From: an uncultured Gemmatimonadales bacterium
GTDB taxonomy: Bacteria; Gemmatimonadota; Gemmatimonadetes; Gemmatimonadales; GWC2-71-9
Direction: 5' to 3'
Assembly (NCBI GenBank): GCA_963844035.1
Contig: CAWJMT010000014.1
Location: 9,359 to 73,358 of the forward strand
Length of the DNA: 64,000 nt
Shown: positions 41,109 to 53,442 of the stretch, in pieces
Layout: every line of letters begins with the position of its first letter
Numbering within the stretch: position 1 is the stretch's first letter
Translations under genes and position numbers: made by a program
The notes under the pieces: generated by a model
What the model was told of the DNA's origin: nothing
The model's input: the letters and a program-made list of their open reading frames with translations, nothing else
The model's database searches: none

Positions 41109-41843
41109 TCAAAAGCCGAGCAGGGTGGCGAGCCACGGCGGTGCGGCCAGGTACCCGCCGAACAGCAGTCCGAGACCGATGAGCCCCAAGGCGATCGGCG
41201 TCCAGATGACGAGGATCGGTCTCAGGGATGGCCGCCACTGGGCGACCGCCTCGATTTCCAGCGCCCAGCGCCGGGCTTCGGCCGCCAGCTCGGCTTCCAG
41301 GGCAATCCACGCCGCCTCGAGCCGGCGCGCGGCCGTGCGCAGCGCATCCTGCCATTCGACATGTGCCTCCTTGTCGAGCACACTCGCCTGACGCGCCCGC
41401 TCGGCCGCAGCGTCCAGCGCATCGAGCGCGGCGACAAACCGCTCCGCGCCGCTCCCCAGCCGCGCGCCGATCGCGCGCCGCTCTCCGCCCGACAGCAGGC
41501 GGCGGCGCCAGCGGGAGCGCGGCATTCTGGCGCGCTGCGCCGCCGCCGTGATCGCGCCATCGACCGCTTCCGCGACCCGCTCCGCCGCGCGCCGCACCGC
41601 ACCTTCCCACGCCGCGAGCCACGCGTGCCGGCCCAAGCACTCGAGCACGCGGTCGCGCTGTTCCCGTGCCGCCGCCCCGCGCGCCTCGCCCCCGAGCTCG
41701 ATGACGCGGGTCGCGAGCTCCTCGCGAATGTCGTCGAGCGGCACCCACGGCTCCGCCAGGCGGTCCGGTACGAGCAAGCGCCCGAGCGATGGCGCCAGCT
41801 CCGGAACGCGGAGCGGCATCGGGATCTTGAGCGGCGCGTTCAT
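41109..41843 (-). CDS. Hypothetical helical protein with C-terminal TM anchor
   Basis: Distinct C-terminal third of the 830-aa track ORF; start codon uncertain. Confidence 0.6.
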   Translation of the reverse strand: MNAPLKIPMPLRVPELAPSLGRLLVPDRLAEPWVPLDDIREELATRVIELGGEARGAAAREQRDRVLECLGRHAWLAAWEGAVRRAAERVAEAVDGAITAAAQRARMPRSRWRRRLLSGGERRAIGARLGSGAERFVAALDALDAAAERARQASVLDKEAHVEWQDALRTAARRLEAAWIALEAELAAEARRWALEIEAVAQWRPSLRPILVIWTPIALGLIGLGLLFGGYLAAPPWLATLLGF

Positions 41844-41865
41844 GACGACGAAGGGCGGCGGTCGA

Positions 41866-42575
41866 TCATGACAGGAGCGCGTCCAGGACACGGCGGAGGT
41901 GTCGGCGAGCGTTTCGAACACGTGGGCCGCGCCGGTGGCCTGGAGTGCGGCGGTGTCGTAGTACCCGGTCGCGACCGCCACCGAGCGCGCGCCGATCGGG
42001 CGCCCGCATGCGACGTCGTCGGGTGTATCGCCGATGATGACGAGATCCGCACCCGCGAACGGCGTGCCGGTCAACTCGGTGGCGCGGCGCGCCGCGATCG
42101 GCGGCAGCTCCGCGCGGCGCCCCGAATCGGAGCCGTACGCACCGACCGCGAACCGCCCCGGTTCGAGGCCCGCCGCGCGCAGCTTGAGCTCGGCGCCGTC
42201 GCGGATGTTGCCCGTCAGCAGGCCGACCACCGCCCGGCCCGCGGCCTCGTGAGCCTCGAGTGCCAGCAGCAGCGCCGCGACCCCGGGCATCAAACGCGTG
42301 CCGGTCCCGTCCGGCGCCCGGGTCAACTCCTCCCGCAACGCTGCGACGTAGTGCCGGCACACCGCGGCGATCAACTCGGGCGCCGCCGCGTCGGGATGGC
42401 CGGCGTGCATGAGCAATTCGCTCACGATCTGCGGGTCGGTCTTGCCGTCGAATCGATAGGTGTCGATCGGGCCGGCCGTGCCCGCTTCCGCGAGCAGGGC
42501 ACGGTGCACCGCGCGCCGCCCCGCGCCGTCGGTCCAGAGCAGCGTGCCGTCGATATCGAAGAGGACAAGACGCAT
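41866..42575 (-). CDS. HAD-superfamily hydrolase (frameshift near 41890)
   Basis: LVLFDIDGTLL, LLTGN, IIGDTPDD; true end VLDALLS* in a shifted frame. Confidence 0.88.
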
Positions 42576-42606
42576 GACGTGAAGATAATGGCGGTCGGGC
42601 GGTCTA

Positions 42607-43601
42607 CTACATCCGCCGCACGGCCACGAGGCCCGATCGCAGCCGGCGGGCGTGCGGGGCATCTGCCAGAGGTCGTCCGATCCCACACCGCCGCGCGCCA
42701 GCGCCGCGTGCACGATGCGTCCGGCACCGGCCCACAAAGCGACGTGCGCGACTCGTCCCCCTTCCGCGAAGAACAGCACGTCTCCCGAGTGGTAGCCGGT
42801 GCCGTCGCCCGACAGCGGCACCTCGCGTCCGGCGGTCACCTGCAGATCGCTGTCGCGGAGCAGGCGGATGCCCCGGGCGGCGAAGGTCGCCTGCACGAGA
42901 CCCGAGCAATCGATCCCCCACTCGGTGCGCCCACCCCACCGGTACGGCGCACCGCCGAACCAACGCAGCGTCCATTCCGGCACGGCCACGAACCGGGCCT
43001 CGGCGTACCACTCCCCCTCGGGGCGGACGGCCCCGGAGGTCACGGTCCACACCCGTCCGTCCGCAGTCTCAACCCGACCGTCCCGCTGTAGCACGACTCT
43101 CGCGCCGATCGGCAGCCGCAACGTGCCCCCGTCCCCCCGCAGCTCCGCGCTCACCGCCCACGCGCGGGCGCGACCGGCCCAATCCTCCGCCCACTCAGTC
43201 GCCCCGCCGGCGATGTACCCGCTGTGTACCCACGCATGGTAGCCGTCGGACGTCCGGACCCGCAGCCAGTCGTCGCGCCGCTCGAGCACGGCGAGCACTT
43301 CCCCGTGCACCGCCTCACTGATCGGCCCGGCGGTCGTCGCCGGAAGCGAGAGGAGGGGCGCGAGGGCCGCGATGACAATCGCCGCGGGAGTATCCCGCAC
43401 CGCCGTCGCCGGAAGCAACGTGACGTCGATCGCGGAGCCCAACTCGACGGCGAGATCCCGCAGTGCCGCGAGCGCGTCACGGCTCGTGGTGACGCCCGTC
43501 AGGGTGCGTCCAGCCATGCCTGCCTCGAAGACGCCGAGCCGGCCGTCGGGCACCCAACGGCGTCGCAAGTCAGAGAGCGCTCGCTCCAACGGGTCGGTCA
43601 T
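42607..43601 (-). CDS. SH3 plus NlpC/P60 (C40) peptidoglycan peptidase (frameshift near 42660)
   Basis: WLRVRTSDGYHAWV, PYRWGG...GIDCSG, HVAL...IVHA; shifted end LVAVRRM*. Confidence 0.87.
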
Positions 43602-43658
43602 GCGCCGATGGCCGGCCTCGGCTTGCTCGGCCTGTGACAGGCAGGTACGTTAGCGGCC

Positions 43659-44273
43659 ATGAGTACACTCGCTCCGCCGACCACACCGACGACTGTGCTT
43701 GTCGTCGACGACGAAGATGGCATCCGCCAGGCGCTGAACCGGTTCCTGTCGCGCCTCGGTTACCGCGTGCTGCAGGCGGCGAGCGCCGCCGAAGCCCTGG
43801 ACCAGCAGGCGGCCGATCTGCCCCACGCCATGCTCTCCGACATCCGGATGCCCAACATGACGGGGGTGGAGCTGGTGCCGAAAGCGCTGGCGCACGACTC
43901 CGACCTCGCCATCATCATGCTGACGGCGATCGACGAGCCGCGCACGGCGATCGAGTGCCTGAAGCTCGGCGCGTACGACTATCTGATCAAACCCGTCGAC
44001 CTGGACGAGCTCCAACTCTCGCTCCAGGGTGCGTTGCGGCAGCGGCAGCTGGAAATCGAGCGGCGCGAGCTGGAGCAGTGGCTGGCCCGGGAAGTCGCGG
44101 TGCGGACGCGGGATATGGAAGATCAGACGGCGGCGATCGCACGCATCGCGCTGGATGCGCTGGCCGCGACCAAAGGCTGGACGGGGGAGCAGGGCTCCGT
44201 GGAAAAGCTGGCGAAAGCCCTGGGAAGTCCGGTTGACGAGGTGGTCGCCGAAGTCCGCAAACGCCGCGGCTAG
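43659..44273 (+). CDS. Response regulator (REC plus short helical tail)
   Basis: VLVVDDE, SDIRMP, GAYDYLIKP. Confidence 0.88.
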   Translation: MSTLAPPTTPTTVLVVDDEDGIRQALNRFLSRLGYRVLQAASAAEALDQQAADLPHAMLSDIRMPNMTGVELVPKALAHDSDLAIIMLTAIDEPRTAIECLKLGAYDYLIKPVDLDELQLSLQGALRQRQLEIERRELEQWLAREVAVRTRDMEDQTAAIARIALDALAATKGWTGEQGSVEKLAKALGSPVDEVVAEVRKRRG

Positions 44274-44452
44274 GCTTTCGGCGCCTGCGCCTTCGCTTCA
44301 CACGCCTTGCAGCGCGTGACTCCGCGGAAGGAGCAGATGAGGCAGATGAACGTGCCGCAATCCGTGCAGGGGTAACCCTCCGAGGCCCGCTCCTCGTTGC
44401 CGCAGTAGCGGCACACCATCGCGTCGTGCTCTTTCAGGTCCGACCGTTCCAT
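44270..44452 (-). CDS. Small Cys-rich zinc-finger-like protein (60 aa)
   Basis: Four CxxC pairs: CRYC, CTDC, CLIC, CKAC. Confidence 0.75.
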   Translation of the reverse strand: MERSDLKEHDAMVCRYCGNEERASEGYPCTDCGTFICLICSFRGVTRCKACEAKAQAPKA

Positions 44453-44532
44453 ACGACCCCCCAGGACGTGCGCGTATGACCCTAATCATATCACATCGGC
44501 GCCAGCCGGGCAGCAAGGTCAGGCGAGGGAGG

Positions 44533-45874
44533 TCAGAGATCCAGCGCGTACGCCTTGATCTTGTTGATCAGCGTCGCCCGCGAGATCCCGAGCTCCTGCG
44601 CCGCCCGCGTGCGGTTGCCGGCGTGGGCGCGGAGCGTGCGTTCGATGTGGTGCCGCTCCACTTCGGACAGCGCCTGCGGCACGTGCCGCCGGTCCTGCCC
44701 CGCCCCGCGTCGCAGGTCGGCGGGCAGGTGCTCCACGCCAATCACGCTCGATCCGTGCGCCAGGATCATCGCGCGCTCGAGCACGTTCCGCATCTCGCGC
44801 ACGTTCCCCGGCCACGGCGCCATCAGCAGCCGGTCGAGCGCTTCGGTGCTGCAGCTGCCCGGCCGCCCCGGCAACTCCGCATGGAGGTCCGCGAGGATGC
44901 GGGTGAGCAGCGCCAGGCGATCCTCCCGAGACCGCTCGCGCAACGAGCGGCAGGTGCACCGGCGACACGCTCAACCGGTAGAACAGATCCTCCCGGAACC
45001 GGCCCGCCTTGACGTCGGCGGCGAGATCGCGGTTGGTCGCCGCCATGAGTCGCACGTCCACTTTCAGCTCGTGGGTCCCCCCCAGGCGCCGGAACGTCTT
45101 CGTCTCGATCACCTTCAGCAGTTTGGGCTGCAGCTCGATGCCGAGCTCGCCGATTCCATCGAGGAAAATGGTGCCCCCATCCGCCAGCTCGAACAGGCCC
45201 TGGCGGCGCTCCTTGGCATCGGTGAACGCGCCCTTCTCATGACCGAACAGCTCCGAGTCGAGCAACGTGGCCGAGCGTCCACCACAGTTCACCTCGACAA
45301 ACGGGCCGGCGGCCCGCGAGCTGAGCTGGTGGATGATGCGCGCCACCCACCCCTTGCCGGTGCCGGTTTCGCCGGTGAGCAGCACCGTGCTCTCGCTGCT
45401 CGCCAGCAGGCCCACCTGGCGCGCCAGCTCCCGCATCGCGGGCGACACGCCGATCGTCTCGAGGCCCTCGGTCAGGTGATCGCGCGCCCGCAGCAGCGCG
45501 TTCTGGCGCGAGAGCCGCACCTTTTCCGCGACCCGCATGGTGGCCGCGGCCAGGTGGTTCATGTCGACCGGCTTGGTGAGGAAATTCTCGGCCCCGAGCT
45601 GCATGGCGCGAACCGCGGTCTCGATGTCCCCCTGCCCCGTCATGAGGATCACCGCGGCGCCGATCGCGCGCAGCCGCTCCAGCACCTCCAGACCGCCCAT
45701 GTCCGGGAGATGCAAATCCAGGATGACGACGTCGGGACGAAGCCGCTCGAAGGCGTCGATGCCGTCGCCGCCGGTGGTCGCACGGGACACCTCGTAGCCG
45801 ATGCGCTCGAAGTAGTCGCCCACCGACCGCAGCACATCGGCGTCGTCATCGATCAGCAGCAGGCTTTCAGTCAT
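44533..45874 (-). CDS. Sigma-54-dependent response regulator, NtrC/AtoC family (frameshift near 44945)
   Basis: REC domain, [38 protein letters not shown], Fis-type HTH. Confidence 0.93.
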
Positions 45875-45878
45875 ACCG

Positions 45879-46805
45879 CTACCTCCGCCGCAGGCGTGCG
45901 GGATCGACCAGGACAGACAGCGCGCCCGGCAAGAGCCGCGCTTCGAAGGGTGTCTCCCCAGCCACATCGCCGTCGAGCTGCACCGGCTGCTGCTCTCCGG
46001 AAACCATTTCGACCTGTACCGAGCGCCCGCGGGTGAACCAGACGCGCTCGCTCAGGCCGCGCGTTTGACTCCACCGGCCGCGCAACAGCTCCCAGAACGC
46101 GGCCAGGCTCGCGAGCGTCCCGTCCGCGTCCAGGGTCAACACGTCGAACCAACCATCGTCGGGCTCGATGTCTTCGCGCAGCCGCAGGAACGGGGGAAAC
46201 AGGTCGCCGCAGTTGGCGACCAGCACCAGGGCCGCACGTCGCTCGTGCACCACGCCGTCCACGGTCACGCGGTGGAGCGCGCTGCGGACTCCGGGAAGGG
46301 CCGCCAACCCTCGAGCGATGTAGGCGGTGGCCTTCCACCGCCGCTTGATCGCGGCGTGGGTGTCGGCCATGAGACGGGCATCGAAGCCGGCGCCGCAGCA
46401 TACGGCGAAGTAGTGCGGAACTGCGTTCCGGTCCACGACGCCAAGGTCGATCGCCTTGCGGCGGCCGCGTAATATCACGCGTGCTGCAGCCGTGGGGTCG
46501 TGCGGCAGGGACACGTTCGCGGCCAGAAGATTCCCCGTGCCGCCCCGCACGAGCCCGAGCGCCATGTCGCTGCCGACTACGCCCGCAGCCACCTCCATCG
46601 CCGTGCCGTCGCCGCCATAGCACACCAGCACGTCGACCCCGGCGTCGCGCGCTTCGAACGCAAACCGGCGGGCATCGCCGGAGTTGGTCGTCGCCTGGAC
46701 CTCGACCTTCCATCCGCCCGCGCGCAGCGTCTCGCGGATCGCTCCAACCGCGCGCGCGTCCGTGCGGGCGGCCGCCGGATTGGTGATCACCAAGGCTCGG
46801 GTCAC
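45879..46805 (-). CDS. Diacylglycerol/lipid kinase family protein (YegS/BmrU-like)
   Basis: NPAA, GGDGT, GTGNLLA, GAGFDA, QLDGD. Confidence 0.9.
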   Translation of the reverse strand: MTRALVITNPAAARTDARAVGAIRETLRAGGWKVEVQATTNSGDARRFAFEARDAGVDVLVCYGGDGTAMEVAAGVVGSDMALGLVRGGTGNLLAANVSLPHDPTAAARVILRGRRKAIDLGVVDRNAVPHYFAVCCGAGFDARLMADTHAAIKRRWKATAYIARGLAALPGVRSALHRVTVDGVVHERRAALVLVANCGDLFPPFLRLREDIEPDDGWFDVLTLDADGTLASLAAFWELLRGRWSQTRGLSERVWFTRGRSVQVEMVSGEQQPVQLDGDVAGETPFEARLLPGALSVLVDPARLRRR

Positions 46806-49800
46806 TCAGTACCGCCGTTCCCAAATGAGGTCCAACCCCACCTGCCGCAGCAGCGTCTTGCGTGTCCAGGGGATCCGAAGAGCACTGGCGCACCGGCTCA
46901 AAGCTCGCCTCCGTGCGGAACTCGGGGCTCAGGCGGAAGGAGAGGCTGAGTCCGATCGTGTTGGTCACGGCCACCGGCCGGCCCTGGCAGAATCCGGCAT
47001 TCACCACCACGAATGTCTTGCTTCCGAGCTGGCGCCCCACCGCGAGCTGCACCCCCGACAACGGGTCGGACGAGGCACCCGGACGGATCTCCACATAGTC
47101 GAGCGGAATGCCGAGGTCCGACACCAGCGTCCGCTCGAGCTCGCCCGAGAGCACGGAGACCGCGGTGCTGAGCGCGGCCTGCTGGTCGGCGACCCCTCCC
47201 GGATCGCCCTTTCCGAAGAACAGGAACGAGATCACCTCGGTTTGTGACAGATCCTGACCCTCGGCCTCGACCGTCACCTTGGGCACCAGCAGCGTCCCCG
47301 TGATGTGCGCGACGACCACGATGTCGGCACCGGTTTGCCCCGGCCCCGGCAATGGATGCACGGTGTGTTTCGCCGATATGTTCAGCTCGGCATCGAGATC
47401 GGGTGTGCCGAAATACATGACGGTCCCGTCCGATACGACGAACTCGCGTGTAATGGGGCCGACCTTCAGCCGGTAGGTCCCACGCGGCGCCTGGAGCGTG
47501 CCGGACAGAAGATAGTTGTCGCGCTCCTTGCTCAGGGTCACCGTGCCGTTGAGCTGGATATTCGCTTCGTTGGACCGCAGCCACACGTCGGTCCCCATGA
47601 TGAGCGTCAGACCCCGGATGCGCAGGCTGTCGAGAAACACGCTCTGGAACTCAGGCCCGAGCTGCTGTTCGAGGATCAGGGACTCGAGCGCCGAGTCGGA
47701 GAACTCTTCCAGGTTGACGATCCGCTTCTCGACCAGGTCGGCAAAATAGAGGAGGCCGGAGGTCACGGTGGCGTGGCCCTCCAGCGTCGCCCCGATGACC
47801 GGCCCGGTCAGGGTCACCCGGCCGCTCGCCTCAACCGTGACGTTGCCCTTCAGGTCGAGGGCCCTGAAGCGGTCGCCGCTGATGGTCAGCGCGAGGACCG
47901 GATGCGTCAGCTCGGTGAGGCGGACGGTGCCCGACACGTCCATGCGGCCGTTGCCGCTCGTGGCCGAAAACGACTCGCACCACGATCGTGTCCCCTGCCA
48001 GGGCGAAGTCCCCGCCCATGTTCTCGTACCGTACGTTCAGCTCGGGTATGGTTGCCGCCGCCCGCGCGACCCGCACCATGCCCCCGAGCCGCGGGTCGCG
48101 CCACGTCCCCTGCACCCTGGCATCGGCGCTGAACACCCCCCCAACCTCCTTTATCAGAGGGGTGAGCGCCTCCAGCACATTGAGGTCCACACTGTCCGCG
48201 CGCGCGCTCAGATACAACGTGTCGGGAAGCTGCCGGTTCCGCGACCGGGACGAGCGCCAGATCGAGCGGCAAATGGGCGTTGACGGTGAGCGCCGGCTCG
48301 TTGGAGCGCCACAGATGCAGCGTGGCGTCGAGCCGCTGCTCGCGGTATCCCAGGGTGCCGTCCAGAAACGGGGTCTTGAACCCACGGAGCGATCCGTTGT
48401 TCACGGCGACCGACGCGACGTACACCGGGTCGGCCCGCGTGCCCGCGATGCCCACCGTAAGGTCGATGGTGCCCCCGACACCCGCCGTGTCGCCTTCGAG
48501 CAGCGCGGCGACGCCCAGGAGCGGGAACCCATCGACCTGTACGTTCACCCTCACCTCGCCCCGGACCGGAAGGCGGCCCTCCGCCACGAGGTGCCCCGAG
48601 TCCGACGCGCTCCGCACCGTCAGCGGGGCAATCACTACCCCTGCGTCGGTGACGCTCACCTGGGTCGGCTGCTCGAGCTTCCAAACCCCGCCCGGCAGCT
48701 GCAATGACAGCGAGTCGATGCCCAGTGTGACGGCAGCCGGGCGGCCCGCACCCTGCGAGCGCCGGGCCAAGCGACCGCCCGTGGCGAACGCTCCGACGGC
48801 GCCGAACTGCGAGCCGGCGAACCAGGTCAGGGAGTCGAGCGTCCCCGCGCCAGCGGCGGACGCCTTGGCAAATGCGAGTCGGCCGTGTCGCAGCGAATCG
48901 AGCGCCCCGTCGAATCGGATGCCGGGGACGGGGCCGGGCTGGTACACCAGCGTGGCACGCCCGCCCGGCATCTCCCAATCGCGCCACCGCACGCGCTCTG
49001 CGGCGCCGTGCGCCTCGATCGTCAGGGAATCGAGCGCCCCACCCAAGGTCAGCTCCACACGCGCGGCGCCGCGGAGCGCCCGGCCGCGGGGTTTCTCGGT
49101 CGTATCGGGTCCCACGAGCCACGTGACCAGGGAATCGAGCGAGGTCAGGGTGTCGGCGGTGAAATCGAGCGCGACGCGTACCGCCCGGCCGGACGCTTCC
49201 ACCCCAGTGCGCCGGCCCCGGTCACCTGAAAGGCCGGCCGGCCAACGCGCAGCGAGTCCAGCTTGGATCTGACCGTCCGCGAACCGGACGACTGCCCGGC
49301 CGGTGTCGAGCTCCACGCCCGCTACCCGCGAGCGGGCGAGCGTCGCGGCGAGTGCGCCCACCGGGGCCTCGCCGCTGTCCTGCGCCAGGGTCCCGGCGAC
49401 CGTGAAGCTCAGGCGGGAGCCGGGCCCGCCGCCACTCCAGTGCGCCAGGTCGATGTCCCGGGCCCGCAGGGTAAGATCGCGAACGCCGGTGCGCGACTCG
49501 AGCAGCGTGACGATGCCGGTTACACCCACCACTCCCGCCGGCTGACGCAAGGTTCGCGTGTGCTTCCAGGGCCGGGAGCGTTCCGTCGAGCTGAATCGGC
49601 CCGCTGACCGCTCCATGGAACGGTAGTCCCGGGAAGCTGCCGCGCAGCCCGTCGAACGACAGCGAGTCGGCGCGCACGTCGGCGAAGAGCGCGATCGTGT
49701 CGGTCCGGGTGTCGAGCCCCACGGTGCCGTTGACCAGGCTCGGAGGTCGATTGCCGTCGCGATGCAGCAGCCTGCCGGTGAAGCGGGCGTTGTGCAGCGC

Positions 49801-51175
49801 GCCGGTCAGCGTTCCCACGGCGCCAAGCTCCCCGTTCAGCGTGACCGCGGGGGCCAGCTTGCGGATGGTACGGAAATCCACCGTCGCCGCCGTCACGAAG
49901 AACGGCTGGAAGCGCATCCCGTCCTGGTCACGCAGGTTGATTTCACCCGTTCCCGCTCACGTGCGAGCTGGGCCGGCCCGCCACGAGCGAGTCGCGAAAC
50001 GTCCAGTCCACCTCGATTGACAGCGCACGCATGGGGCCGTCGGCAATGGTGCGCCCGGACAGCCAGCCGTAGAACGGCAGCGAGTCCACCAGCCTGCGCG
50101 GCAGGTCGAGGTCGAGGTTGCGGGCGACCAGGTCGGCGTCGCGCACTCCCACCAGGCCGGAATCGGCCAGGCTCAGGGTCGTGAGCCGGCCGCTGAGTGA
50201 CCCACCGGCGTACTGCAGGTCGAGCGGGTCGAGCCGCACCTCGAGCAGCCGGCCGCCGTGCGAGCGCACCTGCACGCCACCCCGCAGCACCGCGCTGGGT
50301 GGCAGGCGCGGCAGCATGAAGCGCACGTCCCCCAACGTGCCGGAATCGGCGCGCACCGTGAGGTCATAGAGCAGCGTATCGCGCGGCCAACGGACGCTGC
50401 CGCGGCCCGCAAGCTTGGACGCCGGGAGCTCCAGGTTGGCCAGATCCAGGGCAATTGAATCTCCGACCACGTCGACCCGGCCTTTGACGTCGGTGAGGAC
50501 GAACTCGGGATCGCTGCTCGTGACGGCGAGGTGCGCGAGCTGGAAATGGATCCCGGGCACCCGGGGCGAAGAAACGACCAGCCGCCCGACCATCGCATCG
50601 AGATGCTCGAACCGCCGGATGCGGCGCCGGCCATCGCGGTCCAGATGGTCGATCTCGCGACCCGCCACGCTCGTCGTGCTCCGGTCCTGCAGGCGCAGGG
50701 TGAGGGTGCCGTCGCGGATCCGGACGTTGCGGAACAGAATCAGCGGGGGGGCCTTCCGGGGCCCGGTGGACGGGCGGCCGAGGCGCAGCACGTTTTCGAA
50801 GTTGAGGCGGCCGTCGCGGTGCTGAACGATGTTGATCACGGGCTGGTGCAGGTCCAGCGACAGCAGCACGAATCGCCCGCCGGCCAGAGAGAACGGATTG
50901 AACGTCGCGTCCACCTGCGGCAGCACGGCGACCAGCGTCGTATCGCGGTCGAACACCCGGACGTTGTTGAGCGTGACGCCGGTCAGGAGCGGGCCGCGCA
51001 CGTCGCCGATTTCCACGCTGCCGTCCACGGCGTGCCGCACGGCGTCGGTCGCGACCCGCGTGAGCAGCTGGCGCCCGGCCCCGGTGCCGACCAGGGAGCT
51101 CAACGTGCCGAGGAACGACGCCATGAGGCCCGCCACCAGCCACAGCGCCCCGGCCAGCGAGTGGCGGACCGTCAA
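46806..51175 (-). CDS. tamB: Translocation and assembly module TamB-like protein (several frameshifts)
   Basis: N-terminal TM helix, long beta-rich AsmA-like body, DUF490-like C-terminus (GTPDLDAELNISA...LSQTEVISFL), ending DLIWERRY*; follows an Omp85 gene. Confidence 0.82.
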
Positions 51176-53287
51176 AACGCCTGCCCCACCGAGAACTGCA
51201 CGGCGATGCGATTCCAAAACCCGGTCGGACGGGGAGGCTGAATGTGCGACCCGGAATCAGGGTGAGGCTGCTGTCCGCATTGTTCTGGTAATAGAGGGGG
51301 CCCGGTTCGCCGAGGTACCCGTTGTAGGCGGCGTCGATGCGGACCGGGCCGAGCGGCGTCGTGAACCGCAGCCCTGCGCCCGGCGTGACGCGGATGCCCC
51401 GCACGTCGTACGGCTCACCGTTCTGCACCCATACCTGGCCGGCGTCCACGAACAGGGCGACCCGCATCCGATCCGGGAAGATCGGCGTGGCAAGCCGCAC
51501 TTCGGTGTTGAGGGTGAACACCGAGCTGCCGCCGGTCGGGGAGGACCGTACGTTGGAGAATGTGCTGTCCGCCCCCCCCCGGTCACGGTCAGCTGGTCGC
51601 TGACGTAGACCTGGGGGCCGAGCCCGTTGCGGGGGTAGCCGCGTACCGAGTTCGGCCCGCCGCCGTAGAAGCGCTGATCGGGCGGGACGAATCGTACGGT
51701 TTGGCCGGCCAAGGCGATCTCCCGCGCCGGAAAGATCCGACCCGCCCGGAGTCGCCAGGCGAACACGCTGCGCCGGCCCACGGGATAGTAGCGCGACAGC
51801 TCCGCCTCGATGCGGGAGAACTCATACAGTGTATCCGAGCCTACCCAGCGGGAGGCGTACATCAGGCCCACGGTCGCGAGACCGCCGGTGGTGGGGTCGA
51901 GAATCGAGTTCAGTTTGTTGCGGATCGCGGTCAGGGTCAACGCGGCGAAGGGGCGCGATTTGCCGAGCAGCGCCTGGTCCGCGGCGTCACACAGGTTGAA
52001 TACGCTGCAGTACACCTCGGCCGCGGCGATCGTGCGGCCCACCGTGTACACGTACCCCAAGACCACGGGGATGTCGCGCCGGGCATTGATCGTCACCGAG
52101 GGATTCACGCCAACGGCCTGGCGGATGTACGCCCGGTATTCGGAGCGGCGCTCGGCGAACACGCCCAGCCGCGCCGTGTTACGCGGCGAGAGGAACGTCG
52201 GCTGCCGCAGTGTCAGGCCCACGCTGTAGTTCAAGGTGTCCGACGTGAAGTCGGACGCGAGCGATTGGCACGCGTTGTTCGCGAACCCGAGATCCAACGG
52301 GGCCCCCACCCCGATCTTCGAAACGCTGGCGTTCAGGTCCAGGGCCCGTACTCCCCCAAGAAAGTTGTATGCCGTCCAACCGCTTTGGATGCGCAAGCAG
52401 TCGATCGTTCCATACCCCGCGCCCGTGAATACCCGATGCCCCGGGCCTTCGCGCAGGTGCACCGACACTCGGACCAGGGAATCGCTGGGAGAGACGGGGG
52501 CCAGGGAGTCCTCGAGCACCACGTTCACAGAGCGGAACACCCCCAGGGCGTAGAGATCGCGCTGCGTCCGATACAACAGGTCCCGTCGGAACTGGTCCTG
52601 CGGCTTGACCCTCAGCAACGACCGGATCGTGGACGTGTCGAGGCGCTGCAGCCCAAGAACCGACACCTCACCGACCTTCATGCGGGGTCCCGGCACGATC
52701 TCCAGGGTCGCTTCGGCGCTCAGCGCCGCGTCGTCCTGGTCGAAGTTTCGCAGCACCTGGGCGTAGGGAAAGCCACGATCGTACAGGCGCCCCACGATGG
52801 TGTCCGCGGACGCCTGGAGCCGGAGCCGGCTGAACGGGGCTCCGACCTCGAGGGAGAGATCCTTCCTGAGCTTGGGGATGTTGAACAGCGACTCGGCGCC
52901 CACGATGTCCAGCCGCTTCAGGCGCACCGGCTCGCCCTCGTGAATGCGGAACGTGATGAACGCGTCCCGGGGGGTGCGGCGCACCAGCGTGTCGATGACC
53001 ACGTTCACATAGCCGCTGCGGCGGAACAGCAATATCAACCGCAGCACGTCGCGCCGGAATTCAGTCTCGTTCAGGTACTTCTTTTCGCCGAGATGGATCC
53101 AGCGCAACCACCACAGGCGGGCAAACGCGCTCGACCGGGTGGTCGAGATGGCGGCGGCCAGCGTGTAGTCGTCGAGGGCGTGATTGCCCTGGAAGGAGAG
53201 CTCCCGCACCACTCGCTGCTCCTGCTGCGCGGCGAGAGGAGCCGCCGCGGACAGAGCGGCGAACAGGACGAGCACGCGGGCATGCAA
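51172..53287 (-). CDS. Omp85-family outer membrane protein (TamA/BamA-like; frameshifts near the 3' end)
   Basis: Signal peptide, POTRA repeats, RFYGGGPNSVRGY, TPLGPVRID, C-terminal VGQAF*. Confidence 0.88.
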
Positions 53288-53356
53288 GGGTTGACGTTCG
53301 CCTGTCCGTACAATCACCAACGCGGGGGGGACTGTCAACCTTTTCGACACTGGGAG

Positions 53357-53431
53357 ACGGGGGAGGTTGGTGGAGGACGTGGAGGTTGGCGGAGGTAAAT
53401 TCACAACCTCCCCCAGCCTCCACCGCCTCCC
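53357..53431. repeat. Intergenic short tandem repeats GGAGG(TTGG) x4 followed by inverted (AA)CCTCC x3
   Basis: Visible directly in the sequence; can fold into a long imperfect hairpin. Confidence 0.75.
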
Positions 53432-53442
53432 AGTCGTTCTTT

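Noticed and set aside
41109..43601. 830-aa NlpC/P60-HAD-unknown triple fusion
   Set aside because: Natural ends (LVAVRRM*, VLDALLS*) exist in shifted frames, giving three separate genes.
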